A DNA stretch of 64,000 bases from Eledone cirrhosa (GCA_964016885.1 OZ024766.1:18972001-19036000); one strand, 5' to 3'; counted from the first letter of the stretch, positions 1-16,059 are shown. The notes: generated from the letters alone by a model not told the origin. Numbers and translations: made by a program.

Positions 1-1128
1 TCAAGACACTGCATCCTTTAAAACCTCCATGGAACAAACTCCCTGCATCAGTTGTTAGCTGTCAACACACTGCATCCTTTAAAACCTCCATGGACCAAAC
101 TTCCTGCATCAATTGTTAGCTGTCGAGACACTGCATCCTTTAAAACCTCCATGGAACAAACTACCTGCATCAGTTGTTAGCTGTCGAGACACTGCATCCT
201 TTAAAACCTCCATGGAACAAACTACCTGTATCAGTTGTTAGCTGTCGAGGCACTGCATCCTTTAAAACCTCTATGGACCAAACTTCCTGCGTCAATTGTT
301 AGCTGTTGAGACACTGCATCCTTTAAAACATCCATGGAACAAACTACCTGCATCAGTTGTTAGCTGTCGAGACACTGCATCCTTTAAAACCTCCATGGAC
401 AAAACTTCCTGCATCAATTGTTAGCTGTCAAGACACTGCATCCTTTAAAACCTCCATGGGACAAACTACCTGCATCAGTTGTTAGCTGTTGAGACACTAC
501 ATCCTTTAAAACTTCCATGGAACAAACTCCCTGCATCAATTGTTAGCCGTCGAGACACTGCATCCTTTAAAACCTCCATGGAACAAACTCCCTGCATCAG
601 TTGTTAGCTGTCGAGACACTGCATCCTTTAAAACCTCCATGGAACAAACTCCCGGCATCAGTTGTTAGCTGTCGAGACACTGCATCCTTTAAAACATCCA
701 TGGAACAAACTCCCTGCATCAGTTGTTAGCTGTCGAGACACTGCATCCTTTAAAACCTCCATGGAACAAACTCCCTGCATCAGTTGTTAGCTGTCGAGAC
801 ACTGCATCCTTTAAAACCTCCATGGAACAAACTGGCTGCATCAGTTGTTAGCCATCGAGACACTGCATCCTTTAAAACCTCCAATGAACAAACTCCCTGC
901 ATCAGTTGTTAGCTGTCGAGACACTGCATCCTTTAAAACCTCCATGGACCAAACTACCTGCATCAGTTGTTAGCCGTCGAGACACTGCATCCTTTAAAAC
1001 CTCCATGGAACAAACTCCCTGCATCAGTTGTTAGCTGTCGAGACACTGCATCCTTTAAAACCTCCATGGAACAAACTACCTGCATCAGTTGTTAGCTGTC
1101 GAGACACTGCATCCTTTAAAACCTCCAT
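1..1128 (+). repeat. 61-bp satellite (~18 copies, truncated by window edge)
   Basis: Tandem unit ATGGAACAAACTCCCTGCATCAGTTGTTAGCTGTCGAGACACTGCATCCTTTAAAACCTCC with point variants. Confidence 0.97.
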
Positions 1129-1320
1129 GCTTCTTGAAATTCACCAACACTACACCTGATATTCCCCCTCTATACACACGTACGTATGTATCTGTGTGTA
1201 TTTCATGACTCGTACACTATTCACCTCCCTGACATTTGTACATTATTCAATGTACTATACATGCATCTTTGATGAGCTGTAGTGCACCTGAGCACTGTAC
1301 ACAATAATTTTCACTATTAT
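1068..1320 (+). mobile_element. 3' end of a CR1/L2-like LINE (ORF2 C-terminus plus 3' UTR)
   Basis: Last satellite unit reads WNKLPASVVSCRDTASFKTSMLLEIHQHYT*, matching the WN.LP..VV....SFK motif at CR1-group ORF2 ends; followed by unique UTR-like sequence and an AT-rich tail. Confidence 0.7.
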
Positions 1321-1394
1321 AGACACAAACATACATTTATATTGGAAAGGGGCTGCAGTAGAGGAAGACCAGGGAAGAGAGACTTTTCACTATT

Positions 1395-1490
1395 ATTTTG
1401 CCTTTCATCCTTACGGGGTCGATAAAATAAAGTACCAGTAATACACTGAGGTAATTGCTGGCCTTGTGCCTAAAGTAGAAACAATTATTT
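1395..1490 (+). mobile_element. SINE fragment
   Basis: GCCTTTCATCCTTACGGGGTCGATAAAATAAAGTACCAG...GCCTTGTGCCTAAAGTAGAAAC; a reverse-complement relative lies at 41000-41060. Confidence 0.55.
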
Positions 1491-1676
1491 AAACTGAAAG
1501 ATACTAATCCTTCGTTTGGCAAACTACTGGGGTTAGGATGCCCTTCCCAACACCAACCACTTTACAGCATGTATGAATATGTGTATATAAGAATATATGT
1601 GTGTGTGTATATATTTGAGGATATACAAATGTGTAGCATTGAATGCAGGAGTTATACGAAGGCTGGAAAGAAATGC

Positions 1677-4600
1677 ATTGGTGTGGACATGCGATGTGTA
1701 TGGATGGTGATTGTTGGGTGAAGAAGTGTCAGGAGTTCCCAGTGGAAGGAAGCTGCAGTAGAGGAAGACCTGGGTATAAGAGGAGACTGCACTGGTATAG
1801 ACATGTGGTGTGTATGGATGGTGATTGTTGGGTGAAGAAGTGGCAGGAGTTCCCAGTGGAAGGAAGCTGCAGTAGAGGAAGACCTGGGTATAAGAGGAGA
1901 CTGCACTGGTATAGATATGTGATGTGTATGGATGGTGATTGTTGGGTGAAGAAGTGGCAGGAGTTCCCAGTGGAAGGAAGCTGCAGTAGAGGAAGACCTG
2001 GGTATAAGAGGAGACTGCACTGGTATAGATATGTGATGTGTATGGATGGTGATTGTTGGGTGAAGAAGTGGCAGGAGTTCCCAGTGGAAGGAAGCTGCAG
2101 TAGAGGAAGACCTGGGTATAAGAGGAGACTGCACTGCTATGGACATGGGATGTGTATGGATGGTGATTGTTGGGTGAAGAAGTGTCAGGAGTTCCCTGTG
2201 GAAGAAAGCTGCAGTAGAGGAAGACCTGGGTATAAGAGGAGACTGCACTGGTGTGGACATGTGATGTGTATGGATGGTGATTGTTGGGTGAAGAAGTGTC
2301 AGGAGTTCCCAGTGGAAGGAAGCTGCAGTAGAGGAAGACCTGGGTATAAGAGGAGACTGCACTGGTATAGACATGTGATGTGTATGGATGGTGATTGTTG
2401 GGTGAAGAAGTGTCAGGAGTTCCCAGTGGAAGGAAGCTGCAGTAGAGGAAGACCTGGGTATAAGAGGAGACTGCACTGGTATAGACATGTGATGTGTATG
2501 GATGGTGATTGTTGGGTGAAGAAGTGTCAGGAGTTCCCAGTGGAAGGAAGCTGCAGTAGAGGAAGACCTGGGTATAAGAGGAATCAGATGTAGTGTGTAG
2601 GAGAGAAGACTGCACTGGTATAGACATGTGGTGTGTATGGATGGTGATTGTTGGGTGAAGAAGTGTCAGGAGTTCCCAGTGGAAGGAAGCTGCAGTAGAG
2701 GAAGACCTGGGTATAAGAGGAGACTGCACTGGTATGGACATGTGATGTGTATGGATGGTGATTGTTGGGTGAAGAAGTGTCAGGAGTTCCCAGTGGAAGG
2801 AAGCTGCAGTAGAGGAAGACCTGGGTATAAGAGGAGACTGCACTGGTATAGACATGTGATGTGTATGGATGGTGATTGTTGGGTGAAGAAGTGTCAGGAG
2901 TTCCCAGTGGAAGGAAGCTGCAGTAGAGGAAGACCTGGGTATAAGAGGAGACTGCACTGGTATAGACATGTGATGTGTATGGATGGTGATTGTTGGGTGA
3001 AGAAGTGTCAGGAGTTCCCAGTGGAAGGAAGCTGCAGTAGAGGAAGACCTGGGTATAAGAGGAATCAGATGTAGTGTGTAGGAGAGAAGACTGCACTGGT
3101 ATAGACATGTGGTGTGTATGGATGGTGATTGTTGGGTGAAGAAGTGTCAGGAGTTCCCAGTGGAAGGAAGCTGCAGTAGAGGAAGACCTGGGTATAAGAG
3201 GAGACTGCCCTGGTATAGACATGTGGTGTGTATGGATGGTGATTGTTGGGTGAAGAAGTGTCAGGAGTTCCCAGTGGAAGGAAGCTGCAGTAGAGGAAGA
3301 CCTGGGTATAAGAGGAGACTGCCCTGGTATAGACATGTGGTGTGTATGGATGGTGATTGTTGGGTGAAGAAGTGTCAGGAGTTCCCAGTGGAAGGAAGCT
3401 GCAGTAGAGGAAGACCTGGGTATAAGAGGAGACTGCACTGGTATAGACATGTGATGTGTATGGATGGTGATTGTTGGGTGAAGAAGTGTCAGGAGTTCCC
3501 AGTGGAAGGAAGCTGCAGTAGAGGAAGACCTGGGTATAAGAGGAGACTGCTCTGGTATAGACATGTGATGTGTATGGATGGTGATTGTTGGGTGAAGAAG
3601 TGTCAGGAGTTCCCAGTGGAAGGAAGCTGCAGTAGAGGAAGACCTGGGTATAAGAGAAGACTGCACTGGTATAGACATGTGGTGTGTATGGATGGTGATT
3701 GTTTGGTGAAGAAGTGCCAGGAGTTCCCAGTGGAAGGAAGCTGCAGTAGAGGAAGACCTGGGTATAAGAGGAGACTGCACTGGTATAGACATGTGATGTG
3801 TATGGATGGTGATTGTTGGGTGAAGAAGTGTCAGGAGTTCCCAGTGGAAGGAAGCTGCACTAGAGGAAGACCTGGGTATAAGAGGAGACTGCACTGGTAT
3901 GGACATGTGATGTGTATGGATGGTGATTGTTGGGTGAAGAAGTGTCAGGAGTTCCCAGTGGAAGGAAGCTGCACTAGAGGAAGACCTGGGTATAAGAGGA
4001 AACTGCTCTGGTATAGACATGTGGTGTGTATGGATGGTGATTGTTGGGTGAAGATGTGTCAGGAGTTCCCAGTGGAAGGAAGCTGCAGTAGAGGAAGACC
4101 TGGGTATAAGAGGAGACTGCCCTGGTGTGGACATGTGGTGTGTATGGATGGTGACTGTTGGGTGAAGAAGTGTCAGGAGTTCCCAGTGGAAGGAAGCTGC
4201 AGTAGAGGAAGACCTGGGTATAAGAGGAATCAGATGTAGTGTGTAGGAGAGGAGACTGCACAGGTATAGACATGTGGTGTGTATGGATGGTGGTTGTTGG
4301 GTGAAGAAGTGTCAGGAGTTCCCAGTGGAAGGAAGCTGCAGTAGAGGAAGACCTGGGTATAAGAGGAATCAGATGTAGTGTGTAGGAGAGGAGACTGCAC
4401 AGGTATAGACATGTGGTGTGTATGGATGGTGATTGTTGGGTGAAGAAGTGTCAGGAGTTCCCAGTGGAAGGAAGCTGCAGTAGAGGAAGACCTGGGTATA
4501 AGAGGGATCAGATGTAGTGTGTAGGAGAGGAGACTGCACTGGTATAGACATGTGGTGTGTATGGATGGTGATTGTTGGGTGTAGAAGTGTCAGGAGTTCC

Positions 4601-5589
4601 CAGTGGAAGGAAGCTGCAGTAGAGGAAGACCTGGGTATAAGAGGAGACTGCACTGGTATAGACATGTGATGTGTATGGATGGTGATTGTTTGGTGAAGAA
4701 GTGTCAGGAGTTCCCAGTGGAAGGAAGCTGCACTAGAGGAAGACCTGGGTATAAGAGGAAACTGCTCTGGTATAGACATGTGGTGTGTATGGATGGTGAT
4801 TGTTGGGTGAAGATGTGTCAGGAGTTCCCAGTGGAAGGAAGCTGCAGTAGAGGAAGACCTGGGTATAAGAGGAGACTGCCCTGGTGTGGACATGTGGTGT
4901 GTATGGATGGTGACTGTTGGGTGAAGAAGTGTCAGGAGTTCCCAGTGGAAGGAAGCTGCAGTAGAGGAAGACCTGGGTATAAGAGGAGACTGCCCTGGTG
5001 TGGACATGTGGTGTGTATGGATGGTGACTGTTGGGTGAAGAAGTGTCAGGAGTTCCCAGTGGAAGGAAGCTGCAGTAGAGGAAGACCTGGGTATAAGAGG
5101 AATCAGATGTAGTGTGTAGGAGAGGAGACTGCACAGGTATAGACATGTGGTGTGTATGGATGGTGGTTGTTGGGTGAAGAAGTGTCAGGAGTTCCCAGTG
5201 GAAGGAAGCTGCAGTAGAGGAAGACCTGGGTATAAGAGGAATCAGATGTAGTGTGTAGGAGAGGAGACTGCACAGGTATAGACATGTGGTGTGTATGGAT
5301 GGTGGTTGTTGGGTGAAGAAGTGTCAGGAGTTCCCAGTGGAAGGAAGCTGCAGTAGAGGAAGACCTGGGTATAAGAGGGATCAGATGTAGTGTGTAGGAG
5401 AGGAGACTGCACTGGTATAGACATGTGGTGTGTATGGATGGTGATTGTTGGGTGTAGAAGTGTCAGGAGTTCCCAGTGGAAGGAAGCTGCAGTAGAGGAA
5501 GACCTGGGTATAAGAGGAGACTGCACTGGTATAGACATGTGATGTGTATGGATGGTGATTGTTTGGTGAAGAAGTGTCAGGAGTTCCCA
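1677..5589 (+). repeat. 114/139-bp satellite derived from an RTE LINE ORF C-terminus (array 1)
   Basis: Tandem units encode RRLHWYRHVMCMDGDCWVKKCQEFPVEGSCSRGRP, alignable to RRLRWYGHVMRMKDDSCIKRCRALEVDGNRGVGRP of the ORF at 19797-20657. Confidence 0.93.
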
Positions 5590-5649
5590 ACACCACCACT
5601 AGCTGTGCTACTAAAAAACGTGCAGCTCAGCTACTGTTGGTTGTGAAGA

Positions 5650-5664
5650 TAGTGGTAGTAGTTT

Positions 5665-5707
<43 letters not shown>

Positions 5708-8700
5708 GTTGTTGTGGTCGTAGTAGTGGTGGTGCTGTGGTAGTGGTGGCGTTGTGGTAGTAGTAGTAGTCGTGCTGTGGTAGTAGTAGTGGTAGTAGTG
5801 TGTGTTGTAGTAGTATTGGTAGCAGTAGTGTTAGTAATAGTAGTAGTGTTGTTGTAGTAATAGTAGTGGTGGTGTTGTAGTAATAGTAGTGGTGGTGTTG
5901 TGGTAGTGGTGGTGTTGTAGTAATAGTAGTGGTGTTGTTGTGGTAATAGTAGTAGTCGTGTTGTGGTAGTAGTAGTGGTAGTAGTGTGTGTTGTAGTAGT
6001 ATTGGTAGCAGTAGTGTTAGTACTAGTGGTAGTGTTGTTGTAGTAATAGTAGTGGTGGTGTTGTAGTAATAGTAGTGGTGTTGTTGTGGTAATAGTAGTG
6101 GTGGTGTTGTAGTAATAGTAGTGGTGGTGTTGTAGTAATAGTAGTGGTGGTGTTGTGGTAATAGTAGTGGTGGTGTTGTAGTAATAGTAATGGTGGTGGT
6201 ATAGTAATAGTAATGGTGGTGGTGTAGTAATAGTAGTGGTGGTGTTGTAGTAATAGTAGTGGTGGTGTTGTAGTAATAGTAGTAGTGGTGTTGTGGTAAT
6301 AGTAGTGGTGGTGGTGTAGTAATAGTAGTGGTGGTGTTGTAGTAATAGTAGTGGTGGTGTTGTAGTAATAGTAGTGGTGGTGTTGTGGTAATAGTAGTGG
6401 TGGTGTTGTGGTAATAGTAGTAGTGGTGTTGTAGTAATAGTAGTGGTGGTGTTGTAGTAATAGTAGTGGTGGTGTTGTAGTAATAGTAGTGGTGGTGTTG
6501 TAGTAATAGTAGTAGTGGTGTTGTAGTAATAGTAGTGGTGGTGGTGTAGTAATAGTAGTGGTGGTGGTGTAGTAATAGTAGTGGTGGTGTTGTAGTAATA
6601 GTAGTGGTGGTGTTGTAGTAATAGTAGTAGTGGTGTTGTAGTAATAGTAGTGGTGGTGGTGTAGTAATAGTAGTGGTGGTGGTGTAGTAATAGTAGTAGT
6701 GGTGTTGTAGTAATAGTAGTGGTGGTGTTGTGGTAATAGTAGTGGTGGTGTTGTGGTAATAGTAGTGGTGGTGTTGTAGTAATAGTAGTAGTGTTGTGGT
6801 AATAGTAGTGGTGGTGTTGTAGTAATAGTAGTGGTGGTGTTGTAGTAATAGTAGTGGTGGTGGTGTAGTAATAGTAGTGGTGGTGGTGTAGTAATAGTAG
6901 TGGTGGTGGTGTAGTAATAGTAGTGGTGGTGTTGTAGTAATAGTAGTGGTGGTGTTGTAGTAATAGTAGTAGTGGTGTTGTAGTAATAGTAGTGGTGGTG
7001 GTGTAGTAATAGTAGTGGTGGTGGTGTAGTAATAGTAGTAGTGGTGTTGTAGTAATAGTAGTGGTGGTGGTGTAGTAATAGTAGTGGTGGTGTTGTAGTA
7101 ATAGTAGTGGTGGTGTTGTAGTAATAGTAGTGGTGGTGTTGTAGTAATAGTAGTGGTGGTGGTGTAGTAATAGTAGTGGTGGTGGTGTAGTAATAGTAGT
7201 GGTGGTGGTGTAGTAATAGTAGTGGTGGTGTTGTAGTAATAGTAGTGGTGGTGGTGTAGTAATAGTAGTGGTGGTGGTGTAGTAATAGTAGTAGTGGTGT
7301 TGTAGTAATAGTAGTGGTGGTGGTGTAGTAATAGTAGTGGTGGTGTTGTAGTAATAGTAGTGGTGGTGTTGTAGTAATAGTAGTGGTGGTGTTGTAGTAA
7401 TAGTAGTGGTGGTGGTGTAGTAATAGTAGTGGTGGTGGTGTAGTAATAGTAGTGGTGGTGGTGTAGTAATAGTAGTGGTGGTGTTGTAGTAATAGTAGTA
7501 GTAGTAGTAGTGGTAGTGGTGTTGTGGTAGTAGTAGTGGTGGTGGTGTAGTAATAGTAGTAGTGTTGTGGTAATAGTAGTGGTGGTGGTGTAGTAATAGT
7601 AGTGGTGGTGTTGTAGTAATAGTAGTGGTGGTGTTGTAGTAATAGTAGTGGTGTTGTTGTGGTAATAGTAGTGGTGGTGGTGTAGTAATAGTAGTGGTGG
7701 TGTTGTGGTAATAGTAGTAGTGGTGTTGTAGTAATAGTAGTAGTGGTGTTGTGGTAATAGTAGTAGTGTTGTGGTAATAGTAGTGGTGGTGTTGTAGTAA
7801 TAGTAGTGGTGGTGTTGTAGTAATAGTAGTGGTGGTGGTGTAGTAATAGTAGTGGTGGTGTTGTAGTAATAGTAGTGGTGGTGTTGTGGTAGTGGTGGTG
7901 TTGTAGTAATAGTAGTGGTGGTGTTGTGGTAATAGTAGTAGTGGTGTTGTGGTAATAGTAGTAGTGGTGTTGTGGTAATAGTAGTAGTGGTGTTGTGGTA
8001 ATAGTAGTAGTGGTGTTGTAGTAATAGTAGTAGTAGTAGTAGTGGTGTTGTGGTAGTAGTAGTGGTGGTGTTGTGGTAATAGTAGTGGTGGTGTTGTGGT
8101 AATAGTAGTGGTGGTGTTGTAGTAATAGTAGTAGTGTTGTTGTGGTAATAGTAGTGGTGTTGTAGTAGTAATAGTAGTGGTGGTGTTGTAGTAATAGTAG
8201 TGGTGGTGTTGTAGTAATAGTAGTGGTGGTGTTGTGGTAATAGTAGTGGTGGTGGTGTAGTAATAGTAGTGGTGGTGTTGTAGTAATAGTAGTGGTGTTG
8301 TTGTGGTAATAGTAGTGGTGTTGTAGTAGTAATAGTAGTGGTGGTGTTGTAGTAATAGTAGTGGTGGTGTTGTAGTAATAGTAGTGGTGGTGTTGTGGTA
8401 ATAGTAGTGGTGGTGTTGTAGTAATAGTAGTGGTGGTGTTGTAGTAATAGTAGTGGTGGTGGTGTAGTAATAGTAGTGGTGGTGGTGTAGTAATAGTAGT
8501 AGTGGTGGTGTTGTGGTAATAGTAGTGGTGGTGTTGTGGTAATAGTAGTGGTGGTGGTGTAGTAATAGTAGTGGTGGTGGTGTAGTAATAGTAGTAGTGG
8601 TGGTGTTGTGGTAATAGTAGTGGTGGTGTTGTGGTAATAGTAGTAGTGGTGTTGTGGTAATAGTAGTAGTGGTGTTGTGGTAATAGTAGTAGTGGTGTTG

Positions 8701-9382
8701 TAGTAATAGTAGTGGTGGTGTTGTGGTAATAGTAGTGGTGGTGTTGTAGTAATAGTAGTAGTGGTGTTGTGGTAATAGTAGTAGTGGTGTTGTGGTAATA
8801 GTAGTAGTGGTGTTGTGGTAATAGTAGTGGTGGTGTTGTAGTAATAGTAGTAGTAGTAGTAGTGGTAGTGGTGTTGTGGTAGTAGTAGTGGTGGTGTTGT
8901 GGTAGTGGTGGTGTTGTGGTAGTAGTGGTGTTGTGGTAGTGGTGGTGTTGTGGTAGTGGTGGTGTTGTGGTAGTGGTGGTGTTGTGGTTGTGGTGGTGTT
9001 GTGGTAGTGGTGGTGTTGTGGTAGTGGTGGTGTTGTAGTAATAGTAGTAGTAGTAGTAGTGGTAGTGGTGGTGGTGTTGTGGTAGTAGTAGTGGTGGTGT
9101 TGTGGTAGTGGTGGTGTTGTGGTAGTGGTGGTGTTGTGGTAGTGGTGGTGTTGTGGTAGTGGTGGTGTTGTGGTAGTGGTGGTGTTGTAGTAATAGTAGT
9201 AGTGGTGTTGTAGTAGTGGTAGTGGTGGTGGTGTTGTGGTAGTAGTAGTGGTGGTGTTGTGGTAGTGGTGGTGTTGTGGTAGTGGTGGTGTTGTGGTAGT
9301 GGTGGTGTTGTGGTAGTGGTGGTGTTGTAGTAATAGTAGTAGTGGTGTTGTAGTAATAGTAGTGGTGGTGTTGTGGTAGTGG
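5650..9382. repeat. GTG/TAG-derived minisatellite (~20-23 bp unit GTAGTAATAGTAGTGGTGGTGTT)
   Basis: Direct reading; produces spurious T/P/H/Y/L ORFs. Confidence 0.95.
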
Positions 9383-9419
9383 CGTGCATGTATTCATAGT
9401 GGTGATGTAAAGCTGATGA

Positions 9420-10031
9420 TACTAGCAAAAGTAGTAGCAGTAGTAGCAGCAGTAGCAGTAGTAGTAGCACTACTAGTAGTAGCAGTAGTAGTAGCAGTAG
9501 TAGTAGCAGTAGTAGTAGCAGTAGTAGCAGTAGTAGTAGTAGTAGTATACTGCTATCAACAGCTGCAACATCAACAGTAATGACACTGCAGCAACAGTGC
9601 AGCTAGTAGTAGTAGTAGCAGCAGCAGTAGTAGTTATAGTAGCAGCAGTAGTAGTAGCAGTAGTAGTTATAGTAGCAGCAGCAGTAGTAGTTATAGTAGC
9701 AGCAGTAGTAGTTATAGTAGCAGCAGCAGTAGTAGCAGCAGCAGCAGTAGTAATAGTAGTTATAGTAGCAGCAGCAGTAGTAGCAGCAGCAGTAGTGTTA
9801 TAGTAGCAGCAGTAGTAGTAGTAGTAGTAGCAGCAGTAGTAGTTATAGTAGCAGCAGCAGTAGTAGTTATAGTAGCAGCAGTAGTAGTTATAGTAGCAGC
9901 AGCAGTAGTAGCAGCAGCAGCAGTAGTAATAGTAGTTATAGTAGCAGCAGCAGTAGTAGCAGCAGCAGTAGTGTTATAGTAGCAGCAGTAGTAGTAGTAG
10001 TAGTAGCAGCAGTAGTAGTTATAGTAGCAGC

Positions 10032-10070
<39 letters not shown>

Positions 10071-10256
10071 TATAGTAGCAGCAGCAGTAGTAGCAGCAGT
10101 AGTAGTTATAGTAGCAGCAGTAGTAGTAGTAGTAGTAGTAGCAGCAGCAGTAGTAGTTATAGTAGCAGCAGTAGTAGTAGTAGTAGCAGCAGCAGTAGTT
10201 ATAGTAGCAGCAGTAGTAGTAGTAGTAGCAGCAGCAGTAGTAGTTATAGTAGCAGC

Positions 10257-10288
<32 letters not shown>

Positions 10289-10406
10289 CATCAGCAGTAG
10301 TAGTTATAGTAGCAGCAGTAGTAGTAGTAGTAGTAGCAGCAGTAGTAGTTATAGTAGCAGCAGTAGTAGTAGTAGTAGCAGCAGCAGTAGTAGTTATAGT
10401 AGCAGC

Positions 10407-10441
<35 letters not shown>

Positions 10442-11075
10442 CATCAGCAGTAGTAGTTATAGTAGCAGCAGTAGTAGTAGTAGTAGTAGTTATAGTAGCA
10501 GCAGCAGTAGTAGCAGCAGTAGTAGTTATAGTAGCAGCAGTAGTAGTAGTAGTAGTAGTAGCAGCAGCAGTAGTAGTTATAGTAGCAGCAGTAGTAGTAG
10601 TAGTAGCAGCAGCAGTAGTAGTTATAGTAGCAGCAGTAGTAGTAGTAGTAGTAGTAGCAGCAGCAGCAGTAGTAGTTATAGTAGCAGCAGTAGTAGTAGT
10701 AGTAGTAGTAGCAGCAGCAGTAGTAGTTATAGTAGCAGCAGTAGTAGTAGTAGTAGCAGCAGCAGTAGTAGTTATAGTAGCAGCAGTAGTAGTAGTAGTA
10801 GTAGTTATAGTAGCAGCAGCAGTAGTTATAGTAGCAGCAGTAGTAGTAGTAGTAGTAGTAGTTATAGTAGCAGCAGCAGTAGCAGCAGTAGTAGTAGTAG
10901 TAGTAGTAGTTATAGTAGCAGCAGCAGTAGCAGCAGCAGCAGTAGTAATAGTAGTTATAGTAGCAGCAGCAGTAGTAGCAGCAGCAGTAGTAGTAGTAGT
11001 AGTAGTTATAGTAGCAGCAGTAGTAGTAGTAGTAGTAGTTATAGTAGCAGCAGCAGTAGTAGCAGCAGCAGTAGT
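9420..11075. repeat. Compound (TAG)n/(CAG)n microsatellite with GTTATA punctuation
   Basis: Direct reading. Confidence 0.95.
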
Positions 11076-11139
11076 GTTATCAACAGCTGCAACAACAGTA
11101 GGGCAGTTGTCATAACACATTGTTGGTGGGTGTAGATAT

Positions 11140-12358
<1,219 letters not shown>

Positions 12359-12519
12359 CAACTGAAGGGAATTATACAGTAGCAGAAACAACCAACTCAA
12401 CAGTGTGTACATATTTGTATAAACAGCTATACACCTTATACATACATGTATGCATATAGATATGTATGTATGGGTGTATATACAGAAATATATACACCTG
12501 AAGTCACATGTTTTTATAC

Positions 12520-15500
12520 ATATATACTGTATATATATGTACTGTATATATATATATGTACTGTATATATATGTACTGTATATATATATGTACTGTATAT
12601 ATATATATGTACTGTATATATATATATGTACTGTATATATATGTACTGTATATATATATATGTACTGTATATATATATACTGTATATATACTGTATATAT
12701 ATATATGTACTGTATATATATATACTGTATATATATGTACTGTATATATATGTACTGTATATATATGTACTGTATATATATGTACTGTATATATATGTAC
12801 TGTATATACATGTACTGTATATACATGTACTGTATATACATGTACTGTATATACATGTACTGTATATACATGTACTGTATATATATGTACTGTATATACA
12901 TGTACTGTATATACATGTACTGTATATACATGTACTGTATATACATGTACTGTATATACATGTACTGTATATACATGTACTGTATATACATGTACTGTAT
13001 ATACATGTACTGTATATATATGTACTGTATATATATACAGTATATATATATACAGTATATATATATACAGTATATATATGTACTGTATATATATGTACTG
13101 TATATATATGTACTGTATATATATGTACTGTATATATATGTACTGTATATATATGTACTGTATATATATGTACTGTATATATATGTACTGTATATATATG
13201 TACTGTATATACATGTACTGTATATATATATGTACTGTATATATATATATATACTGTATATATATGTACTGTATATATATATACAGTATATATATGTACT
13301 GTATATATATGTACTGTATATATATATGTACTGTATATATATGTACTGTATATATATATGTACTGTATATATATGTACTGTATATATATATGTACTGTAT
13401 ATACATGTACTGTATATATATGTACTGTATATATATGTACTGTATATATATATGTACTGTATATATATATATGTACTGTATATATATATATGTACTGTAT
13501 ATATATGTACTGTATATATATATATGTACTGTATATATATATATGTACTGTATATATATATACTGTATATATATATGTACTGTATATATATATATGTACT
13601 GTATATATATATATGTACTGTATATATATATACTGTATATATACTGTATATATATATATGTACTGTATATATATATACTGTATATATATGTACTGTATAT
13701 ATATGTACTGTATATATATGTACTGTATATACATGTACTGTATATACATGTACTGTATATACATGTACTGTATATACATGTACTGTATATACATGTACTG
13801 TATATACATGTACTGTATATATATGTACTGTATATACATGTACTGTATATACATGTACTGTATATACATGTACTGTATATACATGTACTGTATATACATG
13901 TACTGTATATACATGTACTGTATATACATGTACTGTATATATATGTACTGTATATATATACAGTATATATATATACAGTATATATATATACAGTATATAT
14001 ATGTACTGTATATATATGTACTGTATATATATGTACTGTATATATATGTACTGTATATATATGTACTGTATATATATGTACTGTATATATATGTACTGTA
14101 TATATATGTACTGTATATATATGTACTGTATATACATGTACTGTATATATATATGTACTGTATATATATATATATACTGTATATATATGTACTGTATATA
14201 TATATACAGTATATATATGTACTGTATATATATGTACTGTATATATATATGTACTGTATATATATGTACTGTATATATATATGTACTGTATATATATGTA
14301 CTGTATATATATATGTACTGTATATACATGTACTGTATATATATGTACTGTATATATATATGTACTGTATATATATATGTACTGTATATATATATGTACT
14401 GTATATATATATGTACTGTATATACATGTACTGTATATATATGTACTGTATATATATATGTACTGTATATATATATGTACTGTATATATATGTACTGTAT
14501 ATAGATATACAGTATATATATGTACTGTATATATATGTACTGTATATATATATATGTACTGTATATATATGTACTGTATATACATGTACTGTATATACAT
14601 GTACTGTATATATATATGTACTGTATATATATATGTACTGTATATATATGTACTATATATATATGTACTGTATATATATGTACTGTATATACATGTACTG
14701 TATATATATGTACTGTATATATATATGTACTGTATATATATGTACTATATATATATGTACTGTATATATATATGTACTGTATATATATGTACTGTATATA
14801 TATATGTACTGTATATATATGTACTGTATATATATATATGTACTGTATATATATGTACTGTATATACATGTACTGTATATATATATACTGTATATATATA
14901 TGTACTGTATATATATGTACTGTATATACATGTACTGTATATATATGTACTGTATATATATATGTACTGTATATATATGTACTGTATATATATATGTACT
15001 GTATATATATGTACTGTATATATATGTACTGTATATACATGTACTGTATATATATATACTGTATATATATATGTACTGTATATATATATGTACTGTATAT
15101 ATATGTACTGTATATACATGTACTGTATATATATGTACTGTATATATATATATACTGTATATATATGTACTGTATATATATATGTACTGTATATATATAT
15201 ATACTGTATATATATATGTACTGTATATACATGTACTGTATATACATGTACTGTATATACATGTACTGTATATATACATGTACTGTATATACATGTACTG
15301 TATATATATGTACTGTATATATATATATACTGTATATATATGTACTGTATATATATATGTACTGTATATATATGTACTGTATATATATATGTACTGTATA
15401 TATATATATACTGTATATATATATGTACTGTATATATATGTACTGTATATACATGTACTGTATATACATGTACTGTATATATATGTAGTGTATATATATG

Positions 15501-15882
15501 TACTGTATATACATGTACTGTATATATATGTACTGTATATATATATATGTACTGTATATATATATGTACTGTATATATATATGTACTGTATATATATGTA
15601 CTGTATATAGATATACAGTATATATATGTACTGTATATATATGTACTGTATATATATATATACTGTATATATATATATACTGTATATATATATATACTGT
15701 ATATATATGTACTGTATATATATGTACTGTATATATATATGTACTGTATATATATATATGTACTATATATATATGTACTGTATATATATGTACTGTATAT
15801 ACATGTACTGTATATATATGTACTGTATATATATATGTACTGTATATATATGTACTGTATATACATATACTGTATATATATG
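12520..15882. repeat. 14-18 bp minisatellite TGTACTG(TA)n / TACATGTACTGTAT
   Basis: Direct reading; unit length varies by the number of TA dinucleotides. Confidence 0.96.
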
Positions 15883-16059
15883 TTTCATGGGCGGGCGGGC
15901 GGTGACTAAACCAGCTCCCCCACCCTGGTCTGGTGAGGAGCGGGGGGGGGGGGGGGAGTCGACATCCAGCAGCACTAGAGCTGTCAAAGGCAGATGAGTT
16001 CCCCAGCATCAACAAGGCGTCCCCCCTGCCCACCCACCCCCCAAAAAGCTAAGGTTGAA

